DNA of 63,266 nucleotides, filler included, from Choristocarpus tenellus KU-1152 (Eukaryota; Protista; Phaeophyceae), in the NCBI GenBank assembly GCA_964200185.2. It is 12 parts of 12 records of this genome, joined end to end, with 100 filler letters (N's around TTAATTAATTAA, not from the genome) between each part and the next. Parts side by side here need not be neighbours in the genome. Positions count along the whole stretch, not along the records: positions 46,245 to 52,961 come from CAXNAD020007495.1; positions 53,062 to 57,770 come from CAXNAD020013380.1; positions 57,871 to 60,453 come from CAXNAD020026549.1; positions 60,554 to 63,266 come from CAXNAD020025380.1; 8 more parts are not named here. One strand, 5' to 3'. The notes below the pieces were generated by a model that did no database searches, was not told the DNA's origin, and saw only the letters and a list, made by a program, of their open reading frames with translations. A program made the translations under genes and the position numbers. Positions 50,881 to 63,266 of the stretch are shown here, in pieces (position 1 is the first letter of the stretch; the number at the start of each line of letters is the position of its first letter).

Positions 50881-53800
50881 CAAGTATAGCATCCCTATTC
50901 TGTATGATAGATGAGACCAGGCCTGGTTAGTATTCTGTTCTGGTCAAGTATCATTGGGTATTAGGGGGGTAGACGCATAATGCTTTGCTATACACCCTTA
51001 TGTTTACATTAAGATTAGTCCATAAAACATTAGAGTGTTGATCTCACCTACTCTTCCATGAGGTAGGCAATATCTCGCAACACTAAACCACACACTGAGA
51101 GCAAGGAGGACATCGTTGCTAACATGTCTAAGCCTCAGATGATAAAGAGACAAGTGCGCGGCGATGTGTTGATGACCAAAGCACACCACTTGCCTCAAAT
51201 GCACGGACAACCAACAATAACCTTCAGCAGCTGTGACTATTCCACTTTACCAACCACTGGGCATGCCTGCTGGGTTATGTTCATGAATGCTATTTTTGTA
51301 ATCTGAACTTTTCTAGGCTCTGTCAATTCAGACGGAGCACGCTTGCATCAGCAACGATCTTTGGAGCACAAACTGTCTCATAATAATGCATGCAATTGGG
51401 AACCTAAACCACCGACTACTGATGACACAGTCATGATCAAAATAACAACTTGGTCCAAAAGAAGGAGTCTAGATACAGGGGGGGGAAACGGACAGGTGTT
51501 CCCTTATTCACTATCTTAGCTTGGGGGCTGAATGTTCAAGACTCCAAACGTTGATGTGGTGGGTGAAGCAATCAGAAATAGAACAAACTGAGTAAGAATA
51601 ACCCTGTACACCATACACAGAGGAAATATAGTATGTCGATGAGGGAACAAGGTCAATTTCAATCCAAAAGAGCGATCCTCACGTACACAGTAGAACAGTA
51701 ACTTGCATGCTCAACAGGTTAGCACTATCTTGAGAGTCGTTTTAGGAGCTAAATAACGAAGCAAATGGGCAAGAGACCAGAGGGTAATATTGAGACCACA
51801 GGAGGAAGTGCAGTCCCATTAAGGACACTTATTTGAGAGATTGGAGTCAGTTGAGTACTGTACAAGTAAGACAGAAATAGGAGAGTGGATGTGGAGAAGA
51901 AAATTGGAGCGGGGAGATGCTCACCAGTTACTAGACGTTTTGAAGTAAAACAGATCAAGCAAATCAAGTTGGGGCATCAAAATTGTATCGGTCCTAATCG
52001 CCACAGTACTAACCCTGTCTGTGGGACCAGTGATGGTCAAGACCAGTATTGATCAGACTTCCTTGGGCACATGTATGAGTTTGAAGGATCAGTTGATCCC
52101 ACACCTGATTCCTGAACACTGGGTGGATGGTCATTTCTCGGGAAATATGGGGTTGTCAGAGGGTCAAGGGGATAGGTATGACAGCTCATCATCTGCCACA
52201 GGCTAAAGCTCCGCGCATCGCGTGCTAGCATGAAAGATTCTCCATTTGTTTGTTACATGATGGATCCGAGATTGGGAAAGAAAGTCAGACCAACCTCCAC
52301 CAACTAAAAGGTCCCCATATTACAGACTACATTTGATTCTTTAGATTATACATCATAGGCTCAACCTTTGAACAACTCACAACCAAGAAATGAGTGATCA
52401 AGCCTTGAAATCTTCAACAAAAACACTTAAAAGTGACAGGTGTCAGCTATTAATCGAATGGCTTATGCCTCTACCCAATGAGACCCATCGAGATGTAACT
52501 GAAGAGATACTAGTCCAATCCCATTTTCATAACATTGAGCAATGAGTAAACCCCCAAAATATTTTACAAGACACTGCTACTATTAAGATCAACAATTCCA
52601 TTTGTGGTTGCGATTTCATCCCGAGGACAATGATGTTGTCCTCCTAGTCGTGGAAAGACACCATCCCATCCTTGTAAAATACACCACATACAGATGTTTC
52701 GCGCATTTCGTAGGGGACAGGAATGATCAATTTGAGGTTGTACAGGGCATCCAACAAGAAAGGGTTTGTTCTTGCTCCCATCATCTTCTTCAACATCTCC
52801 TTTACTGTAGTGCTAATTGTATAGTAGCTAAGGGGTTCACACTTAACCTGGCTGTACCCAAAGATTTCCGTGCCATCAAGAGAGCAGCCACAACAACCAG
52901 AGGCTCAAAGTATCTGGGAGGGGGTGGCGGCTCTGTCCATTTGGGGTCAATTTTTTCATGTNNNNNNNNNNNNNNNNNNNNNNNNNNNNNNNNNNNNNNN
53001 NNNNNTTAATTAATTAANNNNNNNNNNNNNNNNNNNNNNNNNNNNNNNNNNNNNNNNNNNNAATAGTGTAAATGCACTTTTCCTTGTCAGGGCCAAAATA
53101 GACACCCTGGTGTAGGGCCCCCCCCCCCTCCCCCAGATACTTTGAGCCGTAGGGGTGACATTGGACCTTGGTATTGGTGCTGGTGTTTCCCGGAACCGAG
53201 TTGTACACCTAGCCAGACTCTTTTGCTGGTACATTAAAAGTTTCTTCTTTTTCGTTTGTAAATGTGCATTCTTTTTTTTATTTTTTTTCATTTTTTCATT
53301 CATTGGTCATCTCCATGTTTCTTGTGATCACGGGCGTTGAGAAGGTTGAACTAATGTGTAATGATACAATACAATATGGTAGAGGGCATGGAATGATGCT
53401 GTAATATCTTGTAGCTGCGTGTTTACAACCAGTATTCCACTCCACTGCTGATCCATCTAGCTCTTCCTGCTATGTCTCTCTCTATATATACATATATATC
53501 ATCACACGCTAAGCACAATCAGAAGTATTCCACAGTAGATTATAAAGTTCTAGTTTCTCAATACCTCACCTATGGCTGCAATTGTACCTGTGTGATATTT
53601 TCTAGTACTATATTGATCCCATCCTTCAAGGTTTTACAATTAGAGTTGCATACTGTTTTTACCAAATTTTCTACCAACCTGATCTCTGGCAGAGCATATG
53701 AATGGATGCTACTAGGAATATTTCAAGGACATTAACTTCCCTGTGTGAAGTGCATCCGTACTATAGTAGTCGTCAACTAGGCGATGCTAAGGCTGCAATT

Positions 53801-54124
53801 GTTACTCTGTCTTGCAAAGCACCCCCTTTTGGGAGTGCGCTGTCCAATCCCCCCAACACCAGAAGCACAACTATTGTGTTGTCTGTATACCCTCTGACAG
53901 CTTTCACAACCTCGCTTGGTCGGTGGTCATGTCACCCAACTGCATAACATACCTATTTTAGAGCTCACTATCTTATGGCAGGTACTCCTTTATGGGCACA
54001 ATATTGTCATCGCTTAGGCTGAAAACCTCTCACACTAACACAAAATCTCCCCCTTGGTCAGGGCTCAGAAATTTGGCAAATCAACTTGATAATCATTTTT
54101 TTTACCCTTCCCCCACCTCCTTGC

Positions 54125-56237
54125 CTTATCCTTCCCTTCATATAGCAGCTCCACGTACTCCTCCAGACTGTCCATGTCTGCCTCCATGTTCAAAACATCT
54201 TCACCACCAGCCTCTCTTTGAGGACCCTCCCCTCCCCTCCACCACTCCCCACCATTTTCCGCCCCTGTGTTCTGCCTCAAGTCATCACGAATTACCTGGA
54301 CAATGGAGTTGGAAGTTAAGCATGTTGATAGGATTGTTAGCCACAACGTTTGGAGGGGAGCATCAAATAGGGTAGGAGTGTGTGTGCTGTGTGGTACCAT
54401 AAATGGGAGAGGGCGGTTGATGATTTCCTTTGGGTACGCAGACAGAGCTACATGATATGACACTTTTGTATGTCCAAGTAACACATACACACTCTGCACC
54501 TCCTCCTCTCTTGCGCATCACATCCCTCTTAATAAAGATTATCGTAGATGTTTTGTCACAGACAACAAGAGGAGTGAAGCCGACAACAACCTACCAGAAG
54601 AATTAGAATGTTCACAGGTGCTTCACCTGATGCTGCAGCTCATGGATGACGCGTTCCATGTCATCTCGCTTGGATTCGTGCACATACTTGCACTTTTTCA
54701 TTATATCTGTTGTCAGCTTGCTCACATCTGTAGATGGTTTCAGACTCTTGGAGAGTTTGATCCTTCTTCGCTCACGCTTCTAAGTAGGACAGTATGGAAT
54801 GGAGGAGGCCTAAATGAGAGCTATTTGTGATGTGTGAAGGCAATTATTTCAGGGAGAGGGTGCCTTGTTACTCTAAAATAAGGTCTGAGGTTGGTGGGCA
54901 CAGAGTCCGAAAGAGTTGGTATGGGAGTAGAGAACTGGTACTTTGAAATACTATAATATTTAAAGTGGAATGTGTAAACACAATATTTTGATATGACAGC
55001 AATAGGACGAGCGTACTACAGGGGCTCATCTCTTTGGCAATACTGACAACATTTACAATGTCACCACAGATGTAATCACGATGTGACTAGGGTGTAGGAT
55101 GTGTTATCCTGGAAAACACTCAGAGCTCCTAAGAGCTTGCTCATCTTCTATGGGGATGGACCTTGCATGAGCTTTGCCAGACATCAATATGACAACATTT
55201 TGGGTTATTGACTGAATCCTCTTCTCCTCATCAGTATTCTGAATTTAAGATTTGCTGTCAACTTAAAACTATGGTTATTATCAGGAAAAAGGAGGCAAGA
55301 ATACATTGTTGTATGTCCTATGGCACTGGACAAAGATACAGAGGCACGGAGAGTTAGAGAGAGCAAATCGATATATTTAGCAAGTATTGAATTACTGAAC
55401 TGAGCAGTGCACTGTACGTGGTCAATATAGTCCTCAAAATAAATGTAAAGACTCACCAATCATGTCCGCTGGCCAAGTTACGACTAATGATTAGGATATT
55501 CTACTCTCCACCTCCCATATCTTACCTTTTCAGATTCTGTAGGAACTCCTGCTGCATCGATGTAAATGGTCTCCATTACATAAGTCACCACAGCAGCCAG
55601 ATCCTCTAGGTCCGCTTCAATAGAAATGTCCTTCGGGTTCACCTAGAGGCAAATTGACGTAAGTCAATATCGAGGGTTGGGGGCAGGAAGTAGGCGGTAC
55701 CATAGCTGGTGTTTGTGAGGAACCAAGGGTTGTCATCAGGTTGCGGCAGGTTAACCTGTGTGCCACGTACGAATGCAGTTACGTATGAGCATTCAGTTAC
55801 ATTTATGACACTTCACATAAAACTGTTGTTAAACTTGTACATGGTTGATGGCGCTTTCCGTTTTAAATAGTTGTGCGCGCCGCTGACACCCTAAGGATGA
55901 TGCCCTGAAGTCAGGAAAATGAAAACGTGATATGTACATTAGATTTGCGTCCATGAAGGCAGAGTCACGTGTGTCAATCGAACAAGGTCCTCGTGTACAT
56001 ATCGTTCTCCATTTTTCTTTGAAGAGGTAAACAATGGTGGATACAACGACAAAACAGTAGCCTGAAGTTCCTAACGTGGAAGCGTAAGCTATTTTTTGGG
56101 GTGCAAAGCCTGAACTCCTTGGCGATAGTAGATCAGTCCTCTAAGGGATCGCTCTCCTCAACCCCATAAGCAACGGATACCTTGTGCTTGAAGTTTTTAG
56201 CTTCTGCCGTGTCGCCTCCGTTTGACGACATCGGCAT
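54125..56237 (-). CDS. KIFAP3: Kinesin-associated protein 3 (KAP3/FLA3), non-motor subunit of kinesin-II; N-terminal part. Exons 56237-56181, 55642-55526, 54779-54627, 54295-54125
   Basis: AKNFKHK|VNPKDISIEAD..AVVTYVMET..|..IKLSKSL..TDVSKLTTDIMKKCKYVHESKRDDMERVIHELQ|..ADMDSLEEYVELLYEGKDK matches the KAP3 N-terminus (CKxIHxSK; DEYIELLYE..DK); all junctions phase 0. Confidence 0.92.
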
Positions 56238-57908
56238 GTTTTCGCGACGCCGATTCAGGACAGATCAACGCCAGAATCCAGGTCGACATTCAGGGCATGC
56301 TGAAAGTTCAATCCCTCCCCTTCGGGTACGACAGCCCACCTCTCTTTCGAGGTCCTAAAGTCCCATGTAGCGATGAGCTTTACCAGAGTGATAGTGCTGC
56401 AGTTCGGTTCGCGAATGGTATGGTGGCCCAGTCCTAGTACACAATTGGAAATGTTTGCCGCACCTTACACCGTTACAGGGGACAAACGCCAGGGTTCGGT
56501 GTGGAAATAATCGTTTATACATTTTCAATCAAATGATCACATATTGTATACATGTAAAGTCTATTTTGTATTATTATGCCCTCTGACATTTTGGAGATGT
56601 TTTAGGGGAAAAATCAATGAAAACTATTCACATGTCAGAATAAACCCTAAAAAAGTAACAGTTGTCATAAATGCGAAAAGCATTCATATATTCGCAATTT
56701 TACTACCACTTATGCTCACCTTTAACATCCGATTCTTATATATATATATATTTAATTCTGGATCCATATGATCAATACAAAAAAAAACATATCGACACTT
56801 TATCCCAGTCAATTTTGGGTCAAGCCCATCCTCAATGAAAAGCTCCATCCTCAATTTTTGAAATCGGCTGCTATAACCAAATTCCAACGTTACGAAAACC
56901 GTCATTGACGATGCCGACAATTACTACTGTTGAGATCAGTGGGAGAATTCAGAAAGCTTGAATTATTTTCGCGACTACAGTCAAGTTCTTTTTGAGAGGA
57001 CCTCAGCTGTGTCTTATTTATTGGAGCTTAAGATTTGAATGCACCAAATAGAAGTCCTTGAGTTCTTGTTAAATGGTAGTTTGACGTGGACACTTCCCTC
57101 GACTCATATTCTGAAGCTTTGTTCCTAAGTCAAAGTAAACTAAGAGGTTCCAGTTTTGACCGTTTGCTTCAAAGTCACAATTTTCATCTTTTGTAATTCA
57201 CCCTTTTTCTATGGATGAAGTACTAAGATCGAATTAAGAACATTGATTTCTCTGTTGTTTGAAATTTTTTGCAGAAATTGTAGAAAAAATAGAAATTTGA
57301 ACATGTTTGTCACCATCCTCAAAATACAACCCTAAAAATGCCTCTCGTTTACTTTCACTCTCCCACTACCATAAATTCTTCCCCTTCCAGTTTTTTTTGG
57401 TCGCGTGATCTGTTTTTTCTTTTACAGGTTCTAGTGATGTGGATTGGGGAGGAAGTCATTCTTTGGGAACACCTCCAAGTTTTGGTAACACCAAGTGGAA
57501 TATTTCTCCCCTCATTTTCGAACTACTTTGACGTCATTGCGAAACTATTTTGAATCATTTTCGAATATGTTTCTGTGCTTTCGAACCGTATTGACATATT
57601 TTGGGGGACGTTTTAATGATATTTTCACATCTTTTTACTTAAACTCTAACCCTAACCTTTTATGTGGAAAATATCCGGAAGTTTTTTTGAATTAATAAGA
57701 CAGTACAGTACCTACCCCGATTTTGTTCACCCATGGGTATGCCCTAAAAAAGCGGCACACAATCTATATGNNNNNNNNNNNNNNNNNNNNNNNNNNNNNN
57801 NNNNNNNNNNNNNNTTAATTAATTAANNNNNNNNNNNNNNNNNNNNNNNNNNNNNNNNNNNNNNNNNNNNCCCCAACCCCCCCCCCCCCCCCCCAGATAC
57901 TTTGACCC

Positions 57909-58200
57909 ATACGACGGAGCAAACCCCCGTACTCAACAAGTGATTGACTCAGGTGTTAGCACTATGGAAGGGCAAGGCACCATGAAAAACGTGCCAGCCC
58001 TTGGGGTAGTCCTGTTGCCATACGTAGCCAAATCTGATGGCTGCCCACGTTTCTGTGTAGACTACCGCTGGACTGTTAACAAATACCTTGATCGACAGAC
58101 TTGGTCAATCCCTGATATGGAGTCTCATATTGATACCTTGGGTGGTGCCAACTTCATCACCATTTGTAATATTCAGAGTGCGTATTGATAAATATTCCAA
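57909..58200 (+). pseudogene. Ty3/gypsy reverse transcriptase fragment
   Basis: KSDGCPRFCVDYRWTVNK..WSIPDMESHIDTLGGANFITICNIQSAY* fits KxDGxxRFCVDYR..LxGAxxF..DxxSAY; catalytic Asp lost and a stop follows. Confidence 0.85.
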
Positions 58201-59109
58201 GGAATACAATGCAAAGGTCCGTTTTGTAATCGGAGGTCATCCCACACAGCTACGACTTAACGACCCCCACTTATGGGACAGAGGGAGTATATAAACAATA
58301 CACCTGTCCCGTGTTTTGCGATACCAACAAAAACAACACAAAATCCCATTTTCTTTTTCGAGGTACCTCAAAAGATGGCGCTGAACGTTGTTAAAACATA
58401 GGATTGTTTCTTCTTGATATGATACAAAACTACCTGGTCGTACTGACTTTTGATTGGTCCACTACACTAGTTGTTGTTGTTCATTTGTTTATTGTTCATC
58501 TCAACTCATCATCACATCGGTAACAGTAGATAGAAGTATAGCATCGGTTGATACAAATCACACACAGGAGCATCATAGCAAGCGTCATCCAAGTTACTTC
58601 GGACCTTGTCCCAAGCGCATTCCTCTTTTACCTTCTGTTTTTTTGTTGTTGTCTGTCATCTCTTTTCTTCTTTTTATCAGCAGAAGACCTCAGATGCAAG
58701 TTAATTGTGATTATTTTTTATTGGTTGTCATTGCCCATTCAGAGTGCACCAGGCTCACTCTGCGATAAGTGCACCTGACGCACACTTGGATGTAATATAA
58801 TCAGAGTTAAAACCATCTACGGAAACCCTTGCCAGCCAAGGTAACAAGCCTCTCAATTGAGCACCACTTCTTTCGTTGAGTATCTCATAAAAGAACACTG
58901 AATTCACATCACATCATTCTTGACTGAGAGATCAATTACTTCAGTTGCAACAGAATAAATACATCGGTGCTTTGCAGCACAATCACATCTACTCTCCACA
59001 CAGACTACGCATCTTACTCATCTGTGCTTACAATACCATGATTCCTCTTCACTCGTAGTCTACATATTTTGCTTACATGAACGATGCATTCGATTCAGGT
59101 TTCAACAAA

Positions 59110-59990
59110 CATCAACGTCTGCTTTGTTCTAGTAAAGCTAGTGGCATTGCATTCTAGATCGCATGCACCATCATTACCCTCAAACATGTCACTGCAACGT
59201 ATAGAGAATTGTGGACGGACAACCTCCAAAACACTTCTCCGAGAAAAGCAACTCCTGTGCCACATTACTAAGGGCTATGTACTCACTCTCCATTGAAGAT
59301 AGAGCTACAACCGTTTGGACCTTTGACATCCAAGACAATACCCCTCCAGCAAACAGTGTTGTTACTCCCCCAGTCACTGATCTACGACCATTGCAGTCCC
59401 CAGTATAACTGGTATCAGCGTATGCACTAAACTCACACTCAGTACAAAAAATAAAAATAATGCAACGCTTATACATGCATTTCAAGCATGCAAAAGTACA
59501 CTTGACTGAACGCCAATACGCGACCTTGGGTCTGCCCCTGCACTTAGCTACCTCACGAACTGCATTGACAATATCTGGTCTGGTCACCATAGCTGCCCAC
59601 ATCAAGCAACCGGCAGCCCTCTCTGTATGGAACGCCATTACTATCATATTGTGTTATCCTCTTTCTTGTCCAAAGCTCTTGAGAGATCATGGGGTACCGA
59701 ACTTATCTTTGCCCCATCCATATTAAATCTTTGATAAATGCTCTTAATGTATTTGATTGCACTGATGCTTGCTATCCTTGCAGTTTTGTCACATGAAATC
59801 TCACAACCCACATAGCGCTGGAGATCACCAATATATTACATAGAAAACTGCTCCTCAATTCGGATGTACTATCTCATTAGTAACATCACATGGACTCAAT
59901 CCAATCCTACAATCTCACATACACAAAATATGGTACACCTTACGATTGTACTATTTTCCACAACACACACATCAATCCTCAACCAATATC
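59110..59990 (-). pseudogene. Ty1/copia RT C-terminus + RNase H remnant
   Basis: LMWAAMVTRPDIVNAVREVA; AYADTSY..RRSVTG; SWMSKVQTVVALSSMESEYIAL; downstream EGNDGA..RTK; upstream YVGCEI..KYIKSI; frameshifted. Confidence 0.9.
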
Positions 59991-60730
59991 ATGAGACACC
60001 TCCCTATCAGTTCTGGCACTGGAGTTAAGATCAGACTCAACACAACGTTCTCTTGTTGAGTGTCTACTTACAATTAGTGCGAGATGATTTCATGGCTAGA
60101 TTAGAACATCAACTGACTTGAAAGCGATGGACCTTCGACCGAAAATCTCCTCATTCACTCACAATGTTTCAATGTCAGAGTGCGTTGGTTATTGAGAGAG
60201 CTGTGAAGCCTTGCGATCCCGAAGCGTTTGACACTACAGCTTTCAACGAACGTTAATCGTTTTTTCCACTCAAGCTTTATTGTCAACATTCCAAATTCTT
60301 ACTTGCCTGTGAAAAAGTTGCCTGAGGGAGGATAGCAAATTGGTGTAGGTCAATGTACTGACAGGAGTTCGTTGGAACACCGAAAGACCCAAAGTATCTG
60401 GGAGGGGGGGGGGGTGGAGACAAGGGTGTCCATTTGGCCAAAAACCAGAAAAANNNNNNNNNNNNNNNNNNNNNNNNNNNNNNNNNNNNNNNNNNNNTTA
60501 ATTAATTAANNNNNNNNNNNNNNNNNNNNNNNNNNNNNNNNNNNNNNNNNNNNGCCCGCCCCCCTCCTGCCTTCGGCTCCCCCCCCCCCCCCCCCCTATC
60601 GCGTGAGTAGCTAACTCATCCAGAAAAATACAGTATTTGGCCCTTGCACATCAAATTACTATTTATAGTGGAACGCAGCATGTAAGAGATACAAGCGAGT
60701 GTCACTAGCATTTAAACTATACTTGCAAAA

Positions 60731-60986
60731 GAGTGAAATTATCTTAGAGGGTACGAGTGTTGCCCTGTTTGTTCATTTGGGGCTTGGCTTCCCATGGGTT
60801 ATTTTATGACATTTTGGTATTCCATGTGTCGGAGTAGGTAAAATGTGTACGTTATGAAAAGGTGTGTCCAGAACATGGATATTGAAACTTCCTAATAAAC
60901 ACGTTGCCCAAAATTACATCAAAATCGTAGCATTGGATTTTCACCCACAAATGGACGCGGCTCTACCCTCTGAGATACTTTGGCTT
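60731..60986 (+). mobile_element. MITE family A, full copy
   Basis: Both TIRs present; flanks aaaa/aaaa. Confidence 0.9.
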
Positions 60987-61478
60987 AAAATTGTCCTTAG
61001 TAAGAGATCCAAGAGGGTTGAAAATAAAATATAACAGAAAGGAAATCGAGGGGCACTGATAACATTCCCTGAAGGGGGTGCCACCTTGTTCCTTTCTTGT
61101 TTGAGCGGTATGCAGTATATAATTCAACCACACGAGAGTTTCGTTCCTTAGACATATGTCAATCTTTTCCTCACACCGCATGGTTTGGCCTCAGGGGGCA
61201 CTGTGAGCTCAGAGAGTTAGTTCCTTGCTCCAATCATGATGGTGATTCTAAATCTTCTCAGATTTTCGGAGACTTATTTATGAACGCTTGTGTTCGAGAG
61301 ACACTGACTTGATCCACACCATCATACCGCTGTTTATATATGTGGCGGGGATAGTCCCCCCTCACTGGAGTCAGTGCAGTATCCTTGGCTCAGTCCAAGC
61401 TCTGACCCTGCCAAGAGGTCCTAAGCAATCCTCTGCATCCCTCAAAGAAAGTCTTAAAAATACAGAAGTCCTTGGTTT

Positions 61479-61658
61479 GGCTCAAAGTATCTGGGGGGGG
61501 GGTGGCGGCTGTCCACTTGGGGTCAATTTTTTCATGTCGCTTTTTTTTGGCTATTTGGTTGCATACGTCAATTGGATAATGTAAATACACTTTTCCTGAT
61601 TTGGTCCACATGTGCACCCTGGTGTAGACCCCCTCCCCCCCCCCCGATACTTTGGGGC
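61479..61658 (+). mobile_element. MITE family B, full copy
   Basis: GGCTCAAAGTATCTG(G)n ... (C)nGATACTTTGGGGC; flanks ttt/ttt; interior matches 9942-10117. Confidence 0.88.
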
Positions 61659-62551
61659 TTTTCTTTTCTGCTGTGTGTTCCCCGGGGTTGCTTTCTGTGT
61701 CTTTTTGGTTCAAGTGGTACATTTCAAGTTGTCGTATTCATAGAATTAGGAATTTCAGCCAAAGACCGTATCTGTTGAGAAATTACAATAATGAGGCCCA
61801 TAGATCCTACTTGGGGCCTGTGCGAACCTGTAGTGATTTTCGTGTCATCTGAGTAAACGTGTCAAATGTATAGACAATTCCTTCATCTGAATGAACCTTC
61901 CTTTTCCATCCCCTTGCCTGGACCAAATCCGAAGGAAAATCACCCGCAAAACGGGAATCAAACTGGGGCGTTATCAACACCCCATCAAGCCCCAAATGGA
62001 CACCCTGGGCTAAACAACTCCCCTCTCTAAGATACTGTGGCCCATGACATTTTCTTTGGTGAAATTGCTACTCATGCTCAACCAAAGGAAAGGCTTCTGG
62101 CTCGATATTCCCTATGTCCCTAGATTGAAGCTGGTTGTGTCAGTCCACTCAAGTACTGTATCCCTTTTCCATCCAATCACCTCTCACTGAGATATTGCTT
62201 GTTCTTGACTACCGTTGTTGTTATCATCCAAACGTTGATGTGTTGGGGGAGGGGAATACACGGGTGGGTGGCATTGTTGCAAGACTGCATCTCTCCCGAG
62301 GTCAACACACTGTCCGCCCTTCCACTGCCAAAGAGCTTCCTGTTCAAAGATGTGCGTGTGCTCGACCCACTTGGTTCGTATCTGCTCGTCACAACTACAG
62401 TTGAACCAGTGAAGAGCAAGAATGAGAGTGTTTTACAGGGGACAAAATGCACGATTAAGATATTGACGCTGTTGTAGATCACTCAGCAAGTACCTCTCAC
62501 ACTCTTTAGCAATCTGCAGTATTCCTCACCCCTCTGTAAAAAGAACAGAAA

Positions 62552-62819
62552 GAGTCAAGCTTTGAGAGGGGATAAGTTTTACCCTGCCTGTCCGTTCGGG
62601 GCTTGGCTTCCTACGAGTTTTTTATGCCCCTTTTCGGTTTTCTATGAGGACATTTCGGATTTTGGAGTAGGCAAGATGTATCGACTATGAAAGGTGTGTC
62701 TGGAGCAAGGATACTGACACTTGGTAACAAACACGACAGCCAAAATTAATCAAAATCGCAGCATTGGATTTATGACCCCCAAAACGGACACGGCCCTACC
62801 CTCCTACATACTTTGACTC
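62552..62819 (+). mobile_element. MITE family A, diverged full copy
   Basis: Interior matches family A; degenerate TIRs gagtcaagctttgagaggg ... ctaccctcctacatactttgactc. Confidence 0.8.
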
Positions 62820-63266
62820 AGAACTGAACATTCATACTGCAAGGGAGATGGAAGTTGCTCTGGAATAGACTGACTGGTGCGATTCCATTTGCATCACTCA
62901 TGATGACCTGATGCGTATTGATCTCCATGGTCGCTTTATGTGCTGCACAGGTTGCCACCAAACCAAGGTACAATGATAGATCCAAAGAATTATGTTCTCT
63001 AGAGCACATGTAGCAATCAGTGAGGTATTCAAAAGAGGTACTCTGGAGTAGTTGTAATCAGTCCCACGTCAAGCCTTTCTTGCTACCCGCAAGGAAGGAA
63101 TACCTCGTTTTTTCCTGTAGCGGCCATGTCTTCAATTCTTGCCACCTCAAGTATTGAAAAGAAACAAAAATAATATATATATAATATATATATATATGTG
63201 AAACAGGTAGAAAAAGCCGACAGGTTCTTCGTAATGAAGGGGAGCGGGAAGACCCACAGGAGGACA

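Noticed and set aside
51700-52860. Possible retroelement integrase remnants or downstream exons of the PPase-like gene
   Set aside because: No phase-compatible exon with recognisable similarity; motifs too degenerate.
52902-53148. Left half of MITE B ending contig 9 and right half starting contig 10 as one element bridging the contigs
   Set aside because: Outer flanks differ (caga vs gtag), so there is no TSD; chance adjacency of a very common repeat.
61807-63266. Short ORFs in contig 12 (PQFDSRF..., GWVALLQDC..., ATCAAHKA...)
   Set aside because: Only superficial resemblance to carboxypeptidase or helicase motifs; no coherent gene model.
1-63266. rRNA, tRNA, CRISPR arrays, prokaryotic operons or viral hallmark genes
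   Set aside because: None recognised by eye; content is eukaryotic nuclear DNA. tRNAscan-SE/Infernal would be needed to exclude small RNAs formally.

Overview
This is not one continuous locus. It is a concatenation of 12 short eukaryotic contigs joined by 11 identical artificial 100-bp linkers (44 N + TTAATTAATTAA + 44 N). Contigs: 1-4628, 4729-9151, 9252-13053, 13154-23993, 24094-36983, 37084-39830, 39931-42642, 42743-46144, 46245-52961, 53062-57770, 57871-60453, 60554-63266. Intron-rich genes, an ASAFAP-type plastid presequence, a flagellar kinesin-II subunit and scattered TTAGGG repeats point to a photosynthetic stramenopile, probably a brown alga or relative (inference). Spliced genes rebuilt by hand with phase-consistent exons: a TPR protein with a huge acidic exon, a putatively secreted C2-domain protein, a 7-exon multi-CxxC protein (~391 aa), a BIG/Sec7 ARF-GEF fragment, a PX-domain protein fragment, CGLD27/Ycf36, an apparently catalytically dead family I pyrophosphatase homolog divergent from CGLD27, and KAP3/KIFAP3. 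Repeats: three related TIR (MITE-like) families with shared termini and 3-4 bp target duplications, decayed LINE, Ty3/gypsy and Ty1/copia remnants, many mini/microsatellites, and a 268-nt near-perfect hairpin. The best leads are the intact pseudo-pyrophosphatase, the MITE families, the long foldback and the CxxC protein. All homology calls come from motif recognition by eye; no searches were run.
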